Source of the DNA: a virus
Taxonomy: Duplodnaviria > Caudoviricetes
Strand: one strand, 5' to 3'
DNA: 30,057 nucleotides
IMG/VR virus record: IMGVR_UViG_3300019874_000018
Span: 1-30,057 of that record
Positions 23,641 through 30,057 of this stretch are shown here, piece after piece. The position numbers and the translations under genes are program-made. Numbering within the stretch: position 1 is the stretch's first letter; each line of letters begins with the position of its first letter. The notes under the pieces were generated by a model. It was given only the letters and a program-made list of their open reading frames with translations. It was not told the origin of the DNA and searched no databases.

Positions 23641-24002
23641 TAGAGCGTCGAGCCCTGGTGCCATCCGATGGGATGCATCCCTGAGTCCGGCTCGTGGCAG
23701 TGCCACATGCGCAAGATCCCGAGGAGCCCCCCGTCCGCATCCGTGAACGTCGTCCACGTACCCCAGGGAAGCGATAACGCGTGGACGGCCGCGGAGGTGG
23801 CGACAGAACTCACGGACCCGGAGTACTGTCGCCAGCCGGCAGGTGGCGAAGGCTGCGCGCTCGGCGACGTCCCCTTGCAGACCCCTTCTGGGATCTCAGC
23901 AGGCGCTTCCTCTTCAGGCTTCCGGAACGCGAGCCAGACAATCCCGATGGCTCCCGCGGCGACGAGCGCGCCGCCGGCGAGCATGAGAGGAGAGCGGGCC
24001 AT
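23628..24002 (-). CDS. membrane-anchored protein with His/Trp-containing C-terminal domain
   Basis: MARSPLMLAGGALVAAGAIGIVWLAFRK (TM). PPAGWRQ...MWHCHEP...PIGWHQGSTLY. Confidence 0.7.
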   Translation of the reverse strand: MARSPLMLAGGALVAAGAIGIVWLAFRKPEEEAPAEIPEGVCKGTSPSAQPSPPAGWRQYSGSVSSVATSAAVHALSLPWGTWTTFTDADGGLLGILRMWHCHEPDSGMHPIGWHQGSTLYQPA

Positions 24003-24011
24003 CTGGACTAG

Positions 24012-24040
24012 AGGATACCGAGCCCTTAGGCTTCGGGGAA
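24012..24040 (-). promoter_or_regulatory. possible promoter for leaderless 24002 gene
   Basis: TTCCCC, 17-nt spacer, TATCCT, then 9 nt to ATG. Confidence 0.4.
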
Positions 24041-24050
24041 GGACAACAGC

Positions 24051-24287
24051 GTGGACACCTACATCGCGAAAGCGCTCGATGAGCTCAAGAAGAAGAGTCT
24101 CACCGAAATCCAGGTCGAGACGGCGCTCGTGTGGTGCGGCCGCGCCTGCGCTGCCGCGGAGCTCGGGCTCCAGGTGGACGCCGTCGAGTACGCCCACGAA
24201 GCCATCGAGCACGCGGCGTTGAGCGGCGACGATGGTGTCCTCAACTACGTGAGATATCTTCTCACACAGTTCCGGGTGCCGGTTTGA
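24051..24287 (+). CDS. small helical hypothetical protein
   Basis: RBS AAGGA before GTG. IQVETALVW.GRA...EYAHEAIEHAAL. Confidence 0.75.
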   Translation: MDTYIAKALDELKKKSLTEIQVETALVWCGRACAAAELGLQVDAVEYAHEAIEHAALSGDDGVLNYVRYLLTQFRVPV

Positions 24288-24481
24288 ACCCTGAGAAGGA
24301 GGCTCAGCGCCATCCTCGCTGCTGCATCTCGTGGCACGAGCCAGGCGTCTATTTCTCTGGTCCCGATGCTTACGGCTGCCTTCAGTGCGACCGCTGGCTC
24401 GAGTCGAAGTGTCCACCGGAAGAGCACTGCGCGTTTTGCACGCAGCGACCGGACAGGCCATCGGACATGATTCCGCCGTGA
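24284..24481 (+). CDS. small Cys-rich protein
   Basis: TTGA start. DAYGCLQCDRWLESKC....CAFC..RP.RP. Confidence 0.7.
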   Translation: MNPEKEAQRHPRCCISWHEPGVYFSGPDAYGCLQCDRWLESKCPPEEHCAFCTQRPDRPSDMIPP

Positions 24482-24702
24482 CGTTCCTCTACTGGTACGT
24501 GTCATGTGGGATCGTCACCTGGGTGCTGCTCGTCGCTGATCGACAGGCTCGTCTTCATCCCCGCATCTTCGTGCCTGCTTTGCGGCTAGCCATTCGGGAC
24601 TTCGGATGCGTCCGCGTTGCCCTCTGGGCCCTCCTCTGCCTGGTCGCCTGGTGGCTCGTCCTCATCGCGTGGTCGACGAGTTGGCTGCGTCCTCGGCCGT
24701 AA
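24478..24702 (+). CDS. small two-TM membrane protein
   Basis: GTGA start. Two hydrophobic Trp-rich helices. Confidence 0.6.
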   Translation: MTFLYWYVSCGIVTWVLLVADRQARLHPRIFVPALRLAIRDFGCVRVALWALLCLVAWWLVLIAWSTSWLRPRP

Positions 24703-24724
24703 AATCGCCGGATCCTTCTCAGGC

Positions 24725-24754
24725 TTGCTCGTCCCACGGGGGAGGGAGTACCCT
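24725..24754 (+). promoter_or_regulatory. possible promoter for the collagen-like genes
   Basis: TTGCTC, 18-nt spacer, TACCCT. GGAGG RBS downstream at 24770. Confidence 0.45.
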
Positions 24755-24783
24755 CCGGGTATGTCCGTCGGAGGATTTGTCAA

Positions 24784-26888
<2,105 letters not shown>

Positions 26889-26893
<5 letters not shown>

Positions 26894-26929
26894 CCAAGCT
26901 AGCCAGCCTGTGGGATGCTAGCCATCCCA
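26889..26929. promoter_or_regulatory. GGCTAGC tandem operator-like motif plus hairpin upstream of the GT17 gene
   Basis: 26889-26905 is the exact reverse complement of 12999-13015. TGGGATG-ctagc-CATCCCA hairpin at 26911-26929. Confidence 0.6.
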
Positions 26930-27693
26930 TGAGCGAAGTCATCGACTGCTTCACGTTTCACGACGAGCTCGACATGCTCGAGTGCCGGCTCGAGGCAATG
27001 AGCCCGTTCGTCGACCGGTTCGCGCTGGTCGAGGCCGGGCAGACATTCCAGGGGGAACGAAAGCCCTTCTACTTCCTCCGGAACGAGAAGCGTTTCGCCC
27101 CGTGGCGGGACCGCATTCTCTGGCTCGGGACGAACGAACTCCAGGGAGAGACGACATGGGAACGGGAGTACGCGCAGCGCGAGCATTTCCGTCGGCTGAA
27201 GACGTTCGGAGTTCCGCTCGATGCGCTGATCTTGAACGGAGATGTGGACGAGATCCCTACCAGGCAAGCTGTGGGCGCGGCTGCGAAGCTCGCCGAGGAG
27301 GGGCTCTTCTCCGCATTCGACTATCGTCTGTGCTGCTTCGCTGTCGATTGGGAGTATCCGACGACACTGAGGGGCACGGTGGCCGGGAAGCTAGGAATGA
27401 TCGAGTCGTTCGCAGACATGCGGCGAAAGCGAGACGTCGTAGAAGGGATCCCGAACGCGGGGTTTCATTTCTCGTGGATGGGCGGCAAAGAAGCGACGCT
27501 CCGGAAGCTCGACTCGTTCTCGCACACGGAGATCAAGGACGCCGTGCGCCCGGGGCTCGAGGCAGGGAACTACCTCTCCGAGGGGCGCCATGTGGACGGT
27601 GCGAAGCTCGTTCCGATCGAGGTGGACGGGAGCTTCCCGGCGTTCATTCGGGAGCGCCGATGCCCCGCGAACTGGTTTCGTCCTCGCGGCTAA
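26929..27693 (+). CDS. glycosyltransferase family 17 (MGAT3/GnT-III-like)
   Basis: IDCFTFHDELDMLECRL...VDRFALVEA..TF.G..KP, WEREYAQR, GDVDEIP (DxD), AGFHFSWMGG, KLDSFSHTE. Confidence 0.93.
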   Translation: MSEVIDCFTFHDELDMLECRLEAMSPFVDRFALVEAGQTFQGERKPFYFLRNEKRFAPWRDRILWLGTNELQGETTWEREYAQREHFRRLKTFGVPLDALILNGDVDEIPTRQAVGAAAKLAEEGLFSAFDYRLCCFAVDWEYPTTLRGTVAGKLGMIESFADMRRKRDVVEGIPNAGFHFSWMGGKEATLRKLDSFSHTEIKDAVRPGLEAGNYLSEGRHVDGAKLVPIEVDGSFPAFIRERRCPANWFRPRG

Positions 27694-27914
27694 GGCTTCT
27701 TCGAGCACGCGCGGCAGACAACGATCCACATCGGGCCCATGGGGTCCTCTTTGCCGAGGAACCGCCAGAGGGCTCCTCTCTTGCTGCAGTTGCCACTGTC
27801 GCACCCGCTCTCGAGCGCGAGCCCATGAGGCGGATGTATCTCCGAGAGCGTGCCGTGAGGCGGATCAGGAGGGACGGACGCCACCGGGCGGATGGGGATG
27901 ACACGCGCGACCAT
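27690..27914 (-). CDS. small Cys-containing protein
   Basis: CDSGNC...CRAC. ATG adjacent to the upstream stop. Confidence 0.55.
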   Translation of the reverse strand: MVARVIPIRPVASVPPDPPHGTLSEIHPPHGLALESGCDSGNCSKRGALWRFLGKEDPMGPMWIVVCRACSKKP

Positions 27915-28277
27915 CTATTTGGTGCGCGCCAAGCGCGCCTCCTCTTCCAAGATAGCCTGTGCCGCACTCAAAGCCGTGTGGCGCTCGAAACCCCGCTCTG
28001 GGATCTCTCGAAGAATGGCGGCGAGGCGCTGGGCTCGATCTGGGACAAGCGCCTTGATTCCAAGTTCCTTGCGCAGCTCAACGAGGGCGTTCTCCAGCGA
28101 GTCCCCGTATCCGTGTTCATTGCCGGCCTGGACCCGCCAGGTGGTCTCGGACCAGCTCTCGCTGGGCATATTGTCATGGCGTTCTCCTTTCTTGAACTCC
28201 AGCCGCACCTCCGTCAACGACTCGTCTGGGAACTCGCGTTGCAGCTGAGCGAGAGCGTCTTTCAGCGGCTCGCTCAT
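27915..28277 (-). CDS. hypothetical protein
   Basis: ATGA start at 28277 (MSEPLKDALAQL...). Confidence 0.72.
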   Translation of the reverse strand: MSEPLKDALAQLQREFPDESLTEVRLEFKKGERHDNMPSESWSETTWRVQAGNEHGYGDSLENALVELRKELGIKALVPDRAQRLAAILREIPERGFERHTALSAAQAILEEEARLARTK

Positions 28278-29626
28278 GAATTCCCCCACGTTTTTCTGAA
28301 CCAATCCTCCCACTCCCATGGCTCGATGAGCCCGAGGTAGTCCTGTCGGTTTGCCTCTAGATCACCCCAAGTGAGTGAGCCACGGTCGAAGCCGCGCGTC
28401 TTCACTGTCATCTTTTGCGACGGGATGAGAAGTCCGATGCCGTAGTCCGAGTTGATGACGCGAAGGGGATGCCCCTCCTCACGGAGCTGCATCACGGCCT
28501 TCCACACGTCGCCGGTCCATTCGCTCTGGATGCCGGGAACAATCTGCATTGCCTCCGTGTGCGGGTTGCAGTCATGGAGCACGATGACGCCGCCCGCGGC
28601 AAGATTGAGAAGGGAGTCCTGCACCTCGGCGTAGACGACCTCTGCTCGATGATCTCCGTCGATGAAAACCAGGTCGAACTGGTTCACCCGCCCGTTGACC
28701 ATCCGGAAGAATTCCTGGGAGGTTTTCGGTACGAAGACGTCAGACGCGGCCACGGCGGCAATCTGAGGCATTGGGTCCACGCCCCATTTCTCCTTGGTCT
28801 TCATTTGCCGCATGTTCGTGCCGTCGCAGACCCCAATCTCGAGGTACCGCTCCGCGGCGATGATTTCCGAGATCTTGTTCAAGACGTCCCAGTGCATGAC
28901 CATCAGCGCCTCCTTGTCCTTCCTAGCTCCTCGAAGCTTCCACCCGGGCGGCGGCTTTCCATCGAACGGCGCGCTGTACTGCACGATGCCCTCGTGCCCG
29001 TTCCAGCGAGGGTTCCGGGACTCCCCGCCCCACTTCCGGAGGAAGTAGGCGTGGTTCCGTTCGCGCCCGAGCCTGAGCCAGTCAGGGTTGCCAGTGGCCG
29101 TGAGCGTCGCCCATCCGTGGTGCGTCACCGGCTCTGTGAGAGGGGCCCTCCGGACCACGAGAAGCCGTCGCATGCGTTCGTCGTAGTCGACATCCTCGTA
29201 GTACGCCGGCCAGAAGTTCTCGTCGTACCAGCCCACCGTGCGCGTCACCGACGTCGCTTGCCCGAACAGGGCCCACCCGTCTCCCTCGACGAAGTCAGCA
29301 AGACCGTCCTCGAGCCCTCGAGAGAGTTCCTCGAACGTCTTCTGACCGAACTCGATGTCGTCGTTCGAGATGATGACCCCAACGTCGTCCAGAGTCATCT
29401 CGAGGATGCGGTTCCAGGCTGCGGCGACGCCGATGTTGCGCCCCGGGTGGATGAGCTCCACGTCCGCAGCACGCTCTCCGAGCACGTCTTTCAGACGTTC
29501 TGGACCGAACCCGTTGCCGTTGTCGATGATGATGTACCCGTCTGGTCTGACGGAACCGCCCTCCGCGGAAAGAAGCAACGATTCGAGGAGGTCGTAGCGG
29601 CAGTACGTGGGGATTCCGAGTTTCAA
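28274..29626 (-). CDS. GT2 glycosyltransferase fused to class I SAM methyltransferase (Methyltransf_24-like)
   Basis: LGIPTY, IIIDNG, NIGVAAAWN, ISNDDI, GWYDENFWPAYYEDVDY. Then YLEIGV..G, GVDP, FDLVFIDGDH, GGVIVLHD, WTGDVWK. TTGA start with RBS GGAG. Confidence 0.92.
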   Translation of the reverse strand: MKLGIPTYCRYDLLESLLLSAEGGSVRPDGYIIIDNGNGFGPERLKDVLGERAADVELIHPGRNIGVAAAWNRILEMTLDDVGVIISNDDIEFGQKTFEELSRGLEDGLADFVEGDGWALFGQATSVTRTVGWYDENFWPAYYEDVDYDERMRRLLVVRRAPLTEPVTHHGWATLTATGNPDWLRLGRERNHAYFLRKWGGESRNPRWNGHEGIVQYSAPFDGKPPPGWKLRGARKDKEALMVMHWDVLNKISEIIAAERYLEIGVCDGTNMRQMKTKEKWGVDPMPQIAAVAASDVFVPKTSQEFFRMVNGRVNQFDLVFIDGDHRAEVVYAEVQDSLLNLAAGGVIVLHDCNPHTEAMQIVPGIQSEWTGDVWKAVMQLREEGHPLRVINSDYGIGLLIPSQKMTVKTRGFDRGSLTWGDLEANRQDYLGLIEPWEWEDWFRKTWGNS

Positions 29627-30057
29627 GGCAGTTCTCCGTTCAGCAGATCGTTCACGAGACACCAGTCGAACATCTTCCAGCGCGCCGAGCTCTCCTCCAC
29701 GCTGTGCGTAACGATGACCTTTCCGTCCTCAATGAGCATCCCGGCGGCGTACTCGACGCCCGAATGATCGAAGGTGAAGAGCGGGCTCCGTCGCCGGAGC
29801 TCGTCCCCTTCGATCTCGATGAACCGGTGCATGTACACGGTCCTCTGATCGGAGGTGTTCGGTCCCTCGAACCACGCCGTCTCGTGAATCATCGCGAGCC
29901 ACCGGTCCGGGTAGTTCGGAAGCCGCACGGGTGCGCAGCTGCCGCGCCACCGGGAGCAGTTCCACTCCGGCGTCGTCTGGGACTCGACGGTGCATTCACC
30001 TGTCTCCGTGTCGACGACGAGCACCGTGAACGGATCGTAGCCGTAGATGACGCGGAA
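29623..30057 (-). CDS. C-terminal part of a GH130/GH43-like five-bladed beta-propeller protein (5' end outside window)
   Basis: IYGYDPFTVL, WRGSCAPV, WLAMIHE, YMHRF, FTF...GVEYAAGM, VTHSVEES. Frame is open to the window edge. Confidence 0.75.
   Translation of the reverse strand, partial: FRVIYGYDPFTVLVVDTETGECTVESQTTPEWNCSRWRGSCAPVRLPNYPDRWLAMIHETAWFEGPNTSDQRTVYMHRFIEIEGDELRRRSPLFTFDHSGVEYAAGMLIEDGKVIVTHSVEESSARWKMFDWCLVNDLLNGELP

Noticed and set aside
24583-24591. Single GGCTAGCCA box (similar single GCTAGC sites near 5168 and 13369)
   Set aside because: These are intragenic and lack the 9-bp tandem partner.
24478-24702. Holin call for the two-TM protein near the SLT-like gene
   Set aside because: There is no family motif and no spanin pair, and the SLT-like protein has its own signal peptide.
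26982-29767. Long plus-strand ORFs 26982..28340 and 28415..29767
   Set aside because: They are off-frame or antisense shadows of motif-bearing GT genes and have no recognisable motifs.

Overview
This window is a gene-dense, GC-rich (about 65%, estimated by eye) segment of a tailed-phage or prophage genome. No integrase, capsid, terminase, tRNA, rRNA or CRISPR array is visible. Two arms diverge at about 12920-13100. The left arm (minus strand, 1-12919) carries replication and nucleotide-metabolism genes. These are an RHH regulator, a replication initiator with internal palindromic iterons, a DnaC/IstB-type loader, DnaB, a Ser/Thr-kinase-like protein, RuvC, a divergent ThyX, DUF3310 and a PD-(D/E)XK nuclease, plus many small ORFs chained by NTGA overlaps. 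The right arm (plus strand, 13103-24702) is an accessory array. It includes a MazG/DR2231-like pyrophosphatase, a cupin, a Lar-like protein, a half-size PnuC, DUF1653, an orphan amino-methyltransferase, a secreted lytic-transglycosylase-like protein and many Cys-rich microproteins. The right end (24784-30057) is the strongest candidate for a little-described system. Two paralogous Thr-rich collagen-like fibre genes sit beside a GT17 glycosyltransferase, a GT2-methyltransferase fusion and a GH130-like beta-propeller, which suggests phage-encoded virion-fibre glycosylation. Notable non-coding signals are a 17-bp tandem GGCTAGC operator-like motif at three intergenic sites, a 14-bp leader stem-loop with a C-rich loop, and micro-ORFs that bridge translational coupling. 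All family assignments come from motif recognition by eye, not database searches. Many start codons were reassigned from the ORF track using RBS and overlap evidence.
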